A stretch of DNA of 64,000 bases from an uncultured delta proteobacterium (lineage in GTDB: Bacteria; Desulfobacterota; Binatia; UBA9968), in contig CAVYTU010000002.1 in the NCBI GenBank assembly GCA_963771465.1, forward strand, positions 64,001 to 128,000, in the 5' to 3' direction. The notes under the pieces were generated by a model. The model saw nothing but the letters and a program-made list of their open reading frames with translations, made no database searches and was not told the origin of the DNA. The position numbers and the translations under genes are program-made. This document shows, one piece after another, positions 40,975-50,887 of this stretch (its first letter is position 1; every line of letters begins with the position of its first letter).

Positions 40975-42048
40975 CTATTTGCCCGTTGGAAATCCCCAGA
41001 CCCCGGCGATTTTTTTGATGATGCCGGGCTCGTATTCGGGTCGGTCCCAGCCTTCGAAGATCGTCTTCGAGCCCGCCTTCTGAAGCAGCCGCCACTTTTC
41101 ACTCTCTTTGACAAACGGTGAGCCGCGGCCCACTACGTCGTAGGCTTTTTGACCTTCAGGCGAGGATAACCAACCTGCGAGTAGAAAAGCGGCATTTGGG
41201 TGCGGCGCGCCTTTGGGGATCGCCATGATTTCGCCCAAGCTAACCGGCACCTCTTTTGGAAAGGCCATTGCCAGCTTCGCTTTGGGGTCACTTTTCAACA
41301 ACGAGTAGAGCGTCGCATAATGGGCGCCACACATGACGGGAAATTCACCGGAAGCGAGCTGCGCCACCGCTTCGGTCTGGCCTTGCTTCCAGATCGGTTG
41401 GTTGTTCTTGAACTTCGCCGCGTAGTCGAGAATCTTCGCTTCGCCCCATGATTTGTACAGTCCGCTCAAAAACCGCGGATGAACATCGACGGCGATCTTG
41501 CCTTTCCACTGGGGATCGAGACAATCGGCCCAGTCTTTCGGGATTTTATTCGCCGGCACTAACGATGGGTTGTAGCCGATGATGCGCAGGTTGAATCCCG
41601 CCGCATTGAAATATCCGTCCGGACTGATGTGATACTCGCCGATGGTCGGCATCAGCTTGCGCCATTCAAGCGGGCCGGTAACCACGCCGCCTTTGATGAA
41701 GCGATTTTGCATCGCCGCCGGCACATCGTAGAGATCGAACTCAACCACGCCGGCCAACACCTCGTTGAAGAGTTTCTCCGCCCGCGCCGTGCCGCTCACG
41801 GGTGTCAATTCCACTCGAATCTTGGGGTAGCGTTGACTAAATCCCTTGAGCACCAGCGGCGCTTCTTCCAACGTCAAACCGCTGCCGATGTGCAGTATGC
41901 CCTCTTTGTTGGCGAGCCGGACAATTTCTTCGAAATTCTTGCCGATGCCGGCCGGTTGGGCGCCGGCTGGCATGGAAAACACCAGCATGCCAACAAGAAC
42001 GCTCGTCAATAACATCGCTTCCTTGAACAACCTAAGTTTCATCGTCAT
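40975..42048 (-). CDS. Extracellular solute-binding protein (FbpA/AfuA-like)
   Basis: Signal peptide, YNPSLV, PKDWADCLDPQWKGK, PHPNAA, SPEGQ. Confidence 0.88.
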   Translation of the reverse strand: MTMKLRLFKEAMLLTSVLVGMLVFSMPAGAQPAGIGKNFEEIVRLANKEGILHIGSGLTLEEAPLVLKGFSQRYPKIRVELTPVSGTARAEKLFNEVLAGVVEFDLYDVPAAMQNRFIKGGVVTGPLEWRKLMPTIGEYHISPDGYFNAAGFNLRIIGYNPSLVPANKIPKDWADCLDPQWKGKIAVDVHPRFLSGLYKSWGEAKILDYAAKFKNNQPIWKQGQTEAVAQLASGEFPVMCGAHYATLYSLLKSDPKAKLAMAFPKEVPVSLGEIMAIPKGAPHPNAAFLLAGWLSSPEGQKAYDVVGRGSPFVKESEKWRLLQKAGSKTIFEGWDRPEYEPGIIKKIAGVWGFPTGK

Positions 42049-42303
42049 AAAATTACCTCCGCAATTGTTTTTTTTCGCCTACAAATTGCCGTCACTAGCG
42101 TTCCGTAGCTAGCCCGACGTCGATTCGCTACACAACCACTCACGATGATTATCAAACTGCATGAGCCGGCGTCAATGTAGATCTTGTCGGTCCTTGAAAA
42201 TTTCGTTCTTCAAAAGGTTTGCGCGGATACACATGCCGCATTGAATTGGTCGTATTCAGCACGGCGAACCTGGCGCGGCGAGTTGCAACCCAATCTCGGA
42301 ATA

Positions 42304-42417
42304 TCTCTCGCTAAGCGTGTTCTGAGCCAAGTCGAAGGGACGCAAAGCATGCCCCGAACGAAGTCGAATGGAACGCCAAGTTTGGCGTCGTTTAATTACT
42401 TTTGCGTTCTTTGCGTT
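42304..42417. repeat. REP-like 9-mer element with two nested 23-nt inserts
   Basis: ctcgctaag[cgtgttctgagccaagtcgaagg]gacgcaaag[catgccccgaacgaagtcgaatg]gaacgccaag ... tttgcgttctttgcgtt. Confidence 0.65.
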
Positions 42418-42447
42418 AGTTCTCCAAAACTCTTGCTATTTTCCGCT

Positions 42448-42476
42448 TTGCAATTCATCCGCAGCGGCAGTAAATA
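42448..42476 (+). promoter_or_regulatory. Putative sigma-70 promoter for the E1 operon
   Basis: TTGCAA-17 nt-TAAATA upstream of GGAGG RBS. Confidence 0.4.
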
Positions 42477-42508
42477 TTTGACAACGGCAAAACTGATCGG
42501 AGGAAAAA

Positions 42509-43525
42509 ATGTTACCTGAAATTCCACGAGACAGGCAGCTCGGTATTCTGCGCAAGATGCTGATGATACGGCGCGCGGAAGAACACTGCATCCGCTTTCA
42601 CGACGAACACGAGGGGCTGATCCGCGGCCATTTTCACGTCTATATCGGCCAGGAGGCCACCGGCGTGTCGGTATGCGACTGGTTGAACCCAGACGACTAC
42701 GTCTTCACGACGCACAGAAATCACGGCCACGTCATCGCCAAAGGCGGCGATCCAAAAAAAGTATTGGCCGAGATCATCGGCCGCGCCACCGGCTACTGCC
42801 AAGGGCGCGCGGGAACGTTTCACGTCGCCGCGCCGGAAGTGGGCATCGTCCACACCTCGGCGATCGTCGGCGGCTGTCTCGCCCTCGCCGGCGGCACCGC
42901 CTTCGCCGCGCAGATGCAAGATCGCAAAGCGATCACCGTGGTTTTCTTCGGCGACGGCGCCATGGAAGAAGGCGTGTTCTACGAGACATTGAATATCGCC
43001 AAGCTCTGGCAACTGCCGATGATCTTCTGGATGGAAAATAATTATCGCCGCACCGGCCGCGGCGCGGGCCACGCGGCCAACGAGCTGAGCAACGTGCCGA
43101 AGGCGTTGAATGTTGAAACCACGGTCATCGACGGCATCGACGTCGGCACCGTGCATGCGACGGCGAAAGAAATAGTCCGGCGCGTGCGCGCCGGCGACGG
43201 GCCGCTGTTCGTCGAAGCGCGCACCCATCTTTGGCCGGGCAATGCGTTCAACATGCCCAAGCTCGTCGGCGGCGTCACCGACATCGCTTGGACGTGGAAC
43301 CCGGGCGCCGCGCCGGAAAAAGTTCGCGACTGGCACAAGGAGCACGATCCGATTCTGAATTATTGTCGCGAGCTCGAAAGCGCCGGCGTGAGCCGCGGTG
43401 AAATCGAAAAACTCGATGCTCAAGTAAGCAGCGAGATCGACGCGGCGGCACGCTTCGCCTTGGAAAGTCCGCTGCCCGATGCAAAGGCAGCGCTCAACTA
43501 TGCTTTCGCCGGGAAAGGAAACTAA
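42509..43525 (+). CDS. ThDP-dependent dehydrogenase E1 alpha subunit (divergent)
   Basis: GHFHVYIGQEA, THRNHGH, GDGA..ENN ThDP motif. Confidence 0.9.
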   Translation: MLPEIPRDRQLGILRKMLMIRRAEEHCIRFHDEHEGLIRGHFHVYIGQEATGVSVCDWLNPDDYVFTTHRNHGHVIAKGGDPKKVLAEIIGRATGYCQGRAGTFHVAAPEVGIVHTSAIVGGCLALAGGTAFAAQMQDRKAITVVFFGDGAMEEGVFYETLNIAKLWQLPMIFWMENNYRRTGRGAGHAANELSNVPKALNVETTVIDGIDVGTVHATAKEIVRRVRAGDGPLFVEARTHLWPGNAFNMPKLVGGVTDIAWTWNPGAAPEKVRDWHKEHDPILNYCRELESAGVSRGEIEKLDAQVSSEIDAAARFALESPLPDAKAALNYAFAGKGN

Positions 43526-43528
43526 GCC

Positions 43529-44503
43529 ATGCCGCAGGAAATGACTTTTGGTGAAGCGTTGCTCGCCGCTATCGATGAGGTTGCGGAGCAAGACAAACGA
43601 ATCGTGCTGTTCAACCCGAGCTTTGCCGGCGAAGCCGGCCACGAAAAACTGGCAGCGTTCCGCAAAAAATACGCGGCGCGGATAAAATTCCCGCCCATCG
43701 CGGAAATTGGTTTCTGCGGCATCGCCACCGGCGCGGCAATGGCCGGCCTGCGGCCGGTGGTCGACCTCAGCACCGCGACGTTTTCCTACGAAGCGATCCC
43801 GCAGATCGTCAACGAAGCCGCCATCGCTTACTCGAACTCCGGCGGCCAAACCAACGTGCCGGTGGTTTTCTATTTAAAGTTCGGCATCCGCGGCGGCGGC
43901 GGGGTGCAACACTCCGGCAGCCCGCAGTCTTGGTACTGGAACACGCCCGGCCTGCAAATCGTCATGCCGTCGACCCCCGCCGACGCCAAGGGTCTCATGC
44001 GCACGGTGCTGCTGAAAAGCGAAGACCCGACGATTTTCTTCGGCCATGATCGGCTGTTGGACAATCGCGGCAGTGTTCCCGACGGCGCCTATGAAATACC
44101 GCTGGGAAAAGCCGACGTGAAACGCGAAGGCAAAGATTTGACGATCATCGCTACGTCAATCCAGGTGCCGCGCGCATTGGCCGCCGCGGAAATTCTGTCG
44201 AAGGAAGGTATCTCTGCCGAGATCATCGATCCGCGCACATTACAGCCGCTAGACAAACCGGCGCTGCTCGCCTCGGTCAAGAAAACCGGCCGCGTGCTGA
44301 TCACCGACGAGAGTCACGATAATTGCGGCGTCGCCGCCGGTCTGGCGGCGATCATCGCCGACGAGGGGTTCACGAGCCTGCGCGCGGCGATCAAGCGCGT
44401 CTCGATCCCGCCGGTGCCCGTGCCCTATTCGGTGCCGCTGGAAGATTACGTCACACCGATGGCGCAACGCATCGTCGAGATCGCTCGGGCGTTAGTAAAA
44501 TGA
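43529..44503 (+). CDS. ThDP-dependent dehydrogenase E1 beta subunit
   Basis: PIAE, GLRPV, QHS, PSTPADAKG, DPRTLQPLD. Confidence 0.9.
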   Translation: MPQEMTFGEALLAAIDEVAEQDKRIVLFNPSFAGEAGHEKLAAFRKKYAARIKFPPIAEIGFCGIATGAAMAGLRPVVDLSTATFSYEAIPQIVNEAAIAYSNSGGQTNVPVVFYLKFGIRGGGGVQHSGSPQSWYWNTPGLQIVMPSTPADAKGLMRTVLLKSEDPTIFFGHDRLLDNRGSVPDGAYEIPLGKADVKREGKDLTIIATSIQVPRALAAAEILSKEGISAEIIDPRTLQPLDKPALLASVKKTGRVLITDESHDNCGVAAGLAAIIADEGFTSLRAAIKRVSIPPVPVPYSVPLEDYVTPMAQRIVEIARALVK

Positions 44504-44515
44504 GAGTAAAATTAT

Positions 44516-44586
44516 TCACCACGAAGAGCACGAAGTTCGGAAATTAATTATCCGAAACCGTCGAGTCCTTCGTGCCTTCATGGTGA
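44516..44586. repeat. REP-like palindrome
   Basis: tcaccacgaagagcacgaag ... cttcgtgccttcatggtga. Confidence 0.7.
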
Positions 44587-44609
44587 GATAAAAGGATCGC
44601 AGGCGGCAC

Positions 44610-45719
44610 ATGAAGATAAAAAGGCAATTATTGTTGCTCGGCACCATTATACTGACGGCATCCAGCGCTCTCGCCGCGGCTCCGGCGCCAGCGTTGCAAA
44701 AGAGTAAACAAGATGCGGAAGCCAAAGGGTATACGTTCCTGTCCAGTCACGACGAGATCGTCCGACTCGCGAAGCAGGAAGCGCGAATTGACGGCATCGT
44801 TTCGCTCGATCCGGAAACCTTTGGACCGCTGACCAAGGCGTTCAAGAGAAAATATCCGTTTCTCGAACTGAAGCTCGGGGAAGTGACCGGAACCGAGGCA
44901 ACCCAGCGCTTTCTATTGGAAGTACAGAGCGGCACGGCGCAGGCGGATTTCACTTATATCAGCGAAGATTTTTATAAAGGATTTATTACCCGCGGCAAGA
45001 GGTTCGACATTCTCGGCATGGCAGAAAACAATGTCTTGTCGATTCCAACCAAGATGATCGATCCGCTGTCGCGCAAGGCGATCTCAGCGGCGACGATCTT
45101 TGCAGCCGTCGCTTTCAACAAATGCCTCCTCGAACCTGCCAAGGTTCCTGAGCGCTGGGAAGATTTCTTGAAGCCCGAGCTCAAGGGCAAGAAGTTTTTC
45201 GTCGACATCCGGCCTTTTCATTATCAATCTTTCGCCGCCGGCGCCGGCGAGGAGTGGATGCTCGACTACGCGCAAAAAATCGCCGCGCAGGACCCGGTGT
45301 GGATCAGAGGCGCCAGCCGGGTGCTCACCCAGATCGCCGCCGGCGAATATTTGTTGCACTCGGGGATCAATTATCACAGCACGATCAGGGCCAAGGAGAA
45401 GGACAAGTCCGGCTGCTTGGATTTGAAAATCATCGAACCGGTTCCGGTGCGGCTCTCGGAACCGCAGATGGTCGTCGACACGGCGAAGCATCCCAACGCC
45501 GCGCTCCTCTGGCTGGAATTTCTTGCGAGCGCGGAAGCACAAGCGATCATCGACAAGTACGAGCCGTTAAAGTCATCGATCTACGCATCCGGCTCGGCGG
45601 TGGAGAAAATCATTCGCGGCAAAAAGATCTGGCTCAAGGACTGGAAGCACTATGAGAAAGGGCCGGATTGGATGGGCATGGCGGTAAAAGCATTTGGCTT
45701 TCCTAAAGCGGGATCGTAA
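44610..45719 (+). CDS. Extracellular solute-binding protein (FbpA/AfuA-like, orphan)
   Basis: Signal peptide, PERWEDFLKPELKGK, HPNAA; paralog of 40975 and 54832. Confidence 0.85.
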   Translation: MKIKRQLLLLGTIILTASSALAAAPAPALQKSKQDAEAKGYTFLSSHDEIVRLAKQEARIDGIVSLDPETFGPLTKAFKRKYPFLELKLGEVTGTEATQRFLLEVQSGTAQADFTYISEDFYKGFITRGKRFDILGMAENNVLSIPTKMIDPLSRKAISAATIFAAVAFNKCLLEPAKVPERWEDFLKPELKGKKFFVDIRPFHYQSFAAGAGEEWMLDYAQKIAAQDPVWIRGASRVLTQIAAGEYLLHSGINYHSTIRAKEKDKSGCLDLKIIEPVPVRLSEPQMVVDTAKHPNAALLWLEFLASAEAQAIIDKYEPLKSSIYASGSAVEKIIRGKKIWLKDWKHYEKGPDWMGMAVKAFGFPKAGS

Positions 45720-45766
45720 TCGCGCGTGTCTCGCCTTCAGGAATAATTCAGGATCGGAGTCTTTTC

Positions 45767-47057
45767 ATGGAAACGCATCACTTATCAGGAAAGTATGCCA
45801 TTGCCGGTTTGGGAATGGTGGTCGGCGTGCCGGAAAAAGAGTTGGAGAAACGCAAAGCGGAAGTGCCGGGTCATCCCATGCTCGAACACGCGATTCCCTC
45901 GCCCGTGCTCGAGCTCTCGGCGAAAGATCTCGAAGCTGAAGCGGCGCGGCGCGCCATCGAAGACGCGGGCTTGATCAACAAGGACATCGACGGCGCGGTC
46001 CATGTCCACGGCGGTCCGAGAAGCGGCCGCGGCGTCATCGAGCATATGGATGCGTTTCCGCGCATGCTGGGTCTGCCGGTTAACTTTTATTATCACTGCG
46101 GCCGCGGCGGCGGTTGGGGTACCATCGGCATCATCACCGCTTTGTCGTTTCTAGAATTGGGGCTGGCGAAATATGTAGTCATCGCCGGATCGCGCGAAGA
46201 TTGGACGCGCAGCCATTCCCGAGAAGTTCGTAGCCAAGGGGTTCGCGGCCAGTTAAATCTGGCGACGGTGGCCGGCATGTGGGGACCGACTTTTGGCCGA
46301 ACTGCAGCGGCCCACGACCACAGCATGTTTGCCGCGCGCCACAAATATGAATACGGCACGACCGAAGAACAGTTTGGCGCGGCAGCGCTTCAAGTGCGCG
46401 CTTGGGCTTGTAAGAATCCGCTGGCGCGCATGTACGGCCGCCCCGCGACGATGGAAGATTATCTGGCCTCACCGAAATACATCGAACCCTACCACTTGAT
46501 GGATATGGCCGTGACCACTGATGGCGCCGTCGCTTTCGTGTTGACCTCGATGGAGCGGGCGCGCGATTGCACCAAGCCGCCGGTCGCCGTGCTCGGCATC
46601 GGCTATGGCGACGCGCAGGGCGGTCAGTGGTGGGAAGGCGCGCGCGCACTACACGCGGCTGCCGGTGGCGAAGGCCAAGGAAGCTGCCTTCGGTCAAGCC
46701 GGCATCACAGTCAAAGACATCGACGTCGCGCAGTTCTATGATTGCTTTACCGCTGAGCTGATTTTTCAGCTCGAAGATTACGGCTGGTGCGCCAAAGGCG
46801 AAGGCGGCGCCTACGTTGAGGCCGGCCATATCGGCCCCGGCGGCGATACACCGGCGAATACCAGCGGCGGGCTGCTATCGGCTTATCATCTAGCCGACAT
46901 GACCGGGCTCTCCGAAGCGGTTTTCCAATTGCGCGGTGAAGCCGCTGAGCGGCAGATAGACAACGCGCGCGTTTCATTAATCACCGGACACGGCGGCGAA
47001 GTATTCGCGCCCGGCATGTGTTCGATCCACACCAGCTTGGTTTTAGGGAGGCCGTGA
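45767..47057 (+). CDS. SCP2/Ltp2-type thiolase-fold protein (frameshift in CG repeat ~46638-46648)
   Basis: NPLA, TDGAVA, QFYDCFT, NTSGGLLSAYH; the two ORFs join at a (CG)n run. Confidence 0.85.
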
Positions 47058-47473
47058 TGGCTTGGAATAAACCGGTTCCAGTGGTTGAAAAAGCCATGAA
47101 GCCCTTTTGGGCTGGGCTCAAGGATCACCGTTTCTTGTTGATGAAATGCGACGAATGCGGCGCGTGGTATTGGCCGGCAACTTACTGCCGCAACCATCGC
47201 AACAAACCGTTCTTCGGCAGCCTGTCGTGGACCGACGCCAGCGGGAGCGGCAAGATTATTTCATTCAACATCACGCGGGTGGCCATGCGGCCTGCGTTCA
47301 AGGACGACACGCCCTATGTCTACGCGCTGATTCAATTGAACGAAGGACCGATCATCTCGAGCAACATAATTAATTGCCCAGCCGAGTCGGTCCATATCGA
47401 CATGCCCGTCCGCGTCGTGTACCGCGACGTTGAGGACATCAACCTGACAATTCCTTATTTCGAGCCGGCATGA
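47057..47473 (+). CDS. DUF35 zinc-ribbon/OB-fold protein (ChsH2-like)
   Basis: PFW, CDECG..C, ASGSGKI, PYVYALIQLNEGP; TGATG coupling to the thiolase. Confidence 0.88.
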   Translation: MAWNKPVPVVEKAMKPFWAGLKDHRFLLMKCDECGAWYWPATYCRNHRNKPFFGSLSWTDASGSGKIISFNITRVAMRPAFKDDTPYVYALIQLNEGPIISSNIINCPAESVHIDMPVRVVYRDVEDINLTIPYFEPA

Positions 47474-47572
47474 TTCGCAATCCGCGCCTTTCAGCAAAAT
47501 TGAGCGATCGCAGGCTATCCGCACGGGCGTCAAGAAAATCAATGGACGATAAGCGACAACCGAGACGGCGCG

Positions 47573-49732
47573 ATGAGTGATGCTTGGAAATCCGACCTTC
47601 GACCTTTGTTCAACCCAAGATCGATCGCGCTGATCGGCGCTTCGGAATCTTCATCCAGAGCGCGGGCAGTTTTCAATAATTTGCGCGAGTTCGGCTATCG
47701 GGGAGAAATCTTTCCGGTCAATCCGACACGCAGCGAGGTTTTTGGTCTTAAGTGTTATCCGAGTGTAATCGCCATTCCCGCGACCATTGACGCGTTCATC
47801 ATGGCGATCCAGCGCGATCGCGTCATCCCAGCCCTAGAAGCATGCGTAGAAAAAGGCGTCCAGGCCGGCGTCATCGTATCCGCCGGATTTGCTGAAGCCT
47901 CAGCCGAAGGCAGGGTGCTGCAAGATCAGCTGACGAAAATCGCCGATGCAGCGAAGATTCGAATCTGCGGCCCAAACTGCTTTGGCATTGCGAATATTCA
48001 CGATCGAGTCGCGCTGTTGCTCGGCACCGACGTGCGCCACGTCCAGCCGGGCAAGATCGGCCTGCTCTTTCAGAGCGGCGGACTATTGAATCTGATGTTG
48101 CTCGCGGCCTGGGACCGAGGTTGGGGCGTGAGCCATGCGATTTCCTGCGGCAACGAAGCTGTCGTCCACGTCGCTCACTACACCGAATATTTGGTAAGAG
48201 ACGACCGCACTCAAGTGGTAGGAATTCTCGCCGAAGGGATCAGAGACCCAGAAAGGTTTCTCACTATCGCCAAGTTGGCCGCTGAACTTGAGAAGCCGTT
48301 GATCGTTCTAAAGATCGGCAAATCGGCAAAGGGCGTGACGGCAGCTCAAGCGCACACGGGAACTCTCGTTGGCTCGGACGCGGCATTCCATGCCGTATGC
48401 ACTCAGTACGGTGTGGTACGAGTGCACGACCTCGATGATTTTATCGAGACCGTCGAGCTGTTCTCGAAACGAAAGAAATTGCGCGGCGATCGGCTTGGCT
48501 TCATCGCGCCATCAGGCGCGGAGTGTGGGCTAATAGCAGATATCGCAACCGATGAGGGGATTGAATTGCCGGAGTTTTCACCAAAGACGGTGGACCGACT
48601 CAAGGAAGTGCAATCGCCGTTTCTCTCGATCCGCAATCCGATGAATGCGCCGGAGCAGTACACGCGCAAAGGCGAAATCTTTAACGCATGCGTCGAAGCG
48701 CTGATCGAGGATGAAAACATCGACATCCTCGGCCTCAGACTGCCGCTGCCAAGACTGCGGGAAGACAAAGATGTCGTGAACCGATTCGCCGACATCGTGA
48801 AGGCTGGAGAACAAACTGACAAACTCTTGATCGTCTTTTCGCGCGCGTCGGTTAGTTTGCCGGAGTATTGGCGTCAGCTGTTGCGCGAGCATCAGATTCC
48901 CTTTCTCTTGGAATACCGCAAAGGATTCAGGGCGCTAAAATCTTTATTGAACTACCACCACTTTCTTCAAAAGCGCGGAACGGCTACGCAGTCGCGTACT
49001 CGGGTCGAAGCAGACTTAAGCAAAGTAAAAAACCTGCTCGATTGCGCCGGTCGAATACTGACCGAGCGGCAGAGCAAACAAATCCTCTCCGAATATGGAA
49101 TTCCCGTCGCGGTGGAATCCCTCGCGACGAATGTCGACGAAGCGGTCGCCATCGCAAACCAGATCGGTTATCCGGTCGTGCTGAAAATCGAGTCGCCCGA
49201 GATCACGCACAAGACCGACGCTGGCGCGGTTGAAATCGGCATAACCGGCGACGCGGAAGTGCGCGCCGGCTTTAACCGAATCATCAGTAACGCCAAGTCC
49301 TATAATCCCACCGCGCGGATCAACGGCGTGTTGGTCCAGGAAATGGTTCGCGGCGGCCGAGAGATGATCATCGGCATGACCCAAGATCCGCAGTGGGGAC
49401 CGACAATCGTCGTCGGACTCGGCGGCCTATTCGTCGAGGTGTTGAAAGACATCGCCATACGGCGTGCGCCGCTGAATAGGTCAGACGTCGAAGCGATGCT
49501 GCACGAACTGAAGGGTGGAAGAATTCTTCATAGCTTCAGAGGTCAAGCAGCCGCGGATATCGATGCATTTATCGAGATCGTTTTGCGCTTTTCTCAACTC
49601 TGTGTCGATCTCAAAGACGAGGTTGAAGAGATCGACATCAATCCACTACTGGTTTTCGACATCGGCAAAGGCGCCAAGGTAGTTGACTGTTTGATCACGC
49701 GCCGACCTACAATCGAACTAATTCGCGCCTAG
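47573..49732 (+). CDS. ADP-forming acyl-CoA synthetase (acetate--CoA ligase family)
   Basis: PRSIALIGAS, GPNCFG, AHTG phospho-His, HKTDAG, DINPL. Confidence 0.92.
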   Translation: MSDAWKSDLRPLFNPRSIALIGASESSSRARAVFNNLREFGYRGEIFPVNPTRSEVFGLKCYPSVIAIPATIDAFIMAIQRDRVIPALEACVEKGVQAGVIVSAGFAEASAEGRVLQDQLTKIADAAKIRICGPNCFGIANIHDRVALLLGTDVRHVQPGKIGLLFQSGGLLNLMLLAAWDRGWGVSHAISCGNEAVVHVAHYTEYLVRDDRTQVVGILAEGIRDPERFLTIAKLAAELEKPLIVLKIGKSAKGVTAAQAHTGTLVGSDAAFHAVCTQYGVVRVHDLDDFIETVELFSKRKKLRGDRLGFIAPSGAECGLIADIATDEGIELPEFSPKTVDRLKEVQSPFLSIRNPMNAPEQYTRKGEIFNACVEALIEDENIDILGLRLPLPRLREDKDVVNRFADIVKAGEQTDKLLIVFSRASVSLPEYWRQLLREHQIPFLLEYRKGFRALKSLLNYHHFLQKRGTATQSRTRVEADLSKVKNLLDCAGRILTERQSKQILSEYGIPVAVESLATNVDEAVAIANQIGYPVVLKIESPEITHKTDAGAVEIGITGDAEVRAGFNRIISNAKSYNPTARINGVLVQEMVRGGREMIIGMTQDPQWGPTIVVGLGGLFVEVLKDIAIRRAPLNRSDVEAMLHELKGGRILHSFRGQAAADIDAFIEIVLRFSQLCVDLKDEVEEIDINPLLVFDIGKGAKVVDCLITRRPTIELIRA

Positions 49733-49782
49733 AGTGCGAAATGATCGAGCCGCAGATGAACAACGGACATGGATCCGCCGAG

Positions 49783-50835
49783 CTAGCGATTCAAATATTT
49801 TTTCATCAGCCCGTTGATATAACCTTGGATCGACGGTGACACGACCAAGAGTTGGCGCAGCAGAGGATCGACTTCGGCGGCCAAAAGCATTTGCGCGTCT
49901 TCGCCGCTGACTTTTTTCAGTTCCGTCTTAAACTCTGGGTCCTCTTTCATGCGCGCAAAGCCGTCGCGCAGTTGGCGCAATAAATTCGCCGGCGTCTTTG
50001 GCGCGGCATGAAGCGGCCGCCCAACGCTATCGGTGCCGGCAAATATCGTGTACGCCTGCCACGGCGCGCCGCTCGGCCGTTGCTCCTTGGCCAAGTCTTC
50101 AAACACCGGAACGTCGGGGAACTCGCTGCGTCTTTGGAAAGAGCCGTTGGCGGTCAACATGCCCTGCTGGACAAACGGAGTGTAGCCCTGCGCGACGAAT
50201 TTCAGGAGTGTCGGCAGAGTCGCCGTAGGATAGATGTCGGTTTCGTTTCGTTCAAAGGCGAGCTGAATCTCGCCGCCACCGGGATAGCCTTGCACCCAAC
50301 GAACGTTCCATTTGAGAAACTCCGCGCCCCAAAGAAAGATCGCGTTCCAGCTTTCATCGCCGGAACGAACGCCGACTTTGAGCGGTTCGCCAGCGCCGGT
50401 CAGGCGCTCGAGACTTTTTTTCCGGATCAGCGCCACCGAAGTGCCGCGCCGCACACTGCCGACCACCGGCCAGCGGGTTAGATCATGCTTGGCTTCTTTA
50501 ACGCCCATGGCTTGCTGATTGATACTCGTCGTACTGGTGTAGTGCAGGGTCAAGCCGTCGGGTTTGGCGAACAGCTCAAACCAATTGCTCGCCACCGTGC
50601 CGCCGGCGCCAGGCATATTTTGCACCAGCATCGTCGGGTGACCCAGAATGTGAAGGCCGAAGAAGCGCGCCATCATGCGCGCCTCGGCATCCACTCCACC
50701 GCCGCCGGGAAAGCCGGCGATGATGCGAATGGTCTTGCCCTTGAAATAGTTTTCTTGCCCGGAGACCAGGCTTTGCTTTGCCCAGAAACAAATCCAGACC
50801 ACAGAAACCATCAAACAGCCGGTTTTGATCCGCAT
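49783..50835 (-). CDS. TctC/Bug family substrate-binding protein (orphan)
   Basis: YFKGKTI, GGGVD, QNMPGAGG, KPDGLT, GYPGG. Confidence 0.85.
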   Translation of the reverse strand: MRIKTGCLMVSVVWICFWAKQSLVSGQENYFKGKTIRIIAGFPGGGGVDAEARMMARFFGLHILGHPTMLVQNMPGAGGTVASNWFELFAKPDGLTLHYTSTTSINQQAMGVKEAKHDLTRWPVVGSVRRGTSVALIRKKSLERLTGAGEPLKVGVRSGDESWNAIFLWGAEFLKWNVRWVQGYPGGGEIQLAFERNETDIYPTATLPTLLKFVAQGYTPFVQQGMLTANGSFQRRSEFPDVPVFEDLAKEQRPSGAPWQAYTIFAGTDSVGRPLHAAPKTPANLLRQLRDGFARMKEDPEFKTELKKVSGEDAQMLLAAEVDPLLRQLLVVSPSIQGYINGLMKKYLNR

Positions 50836-50887
50836 CGATGAATCCTCCGTAGCATGAGTGAGCAGACCTCGTGTCAAACTCGGGCTG

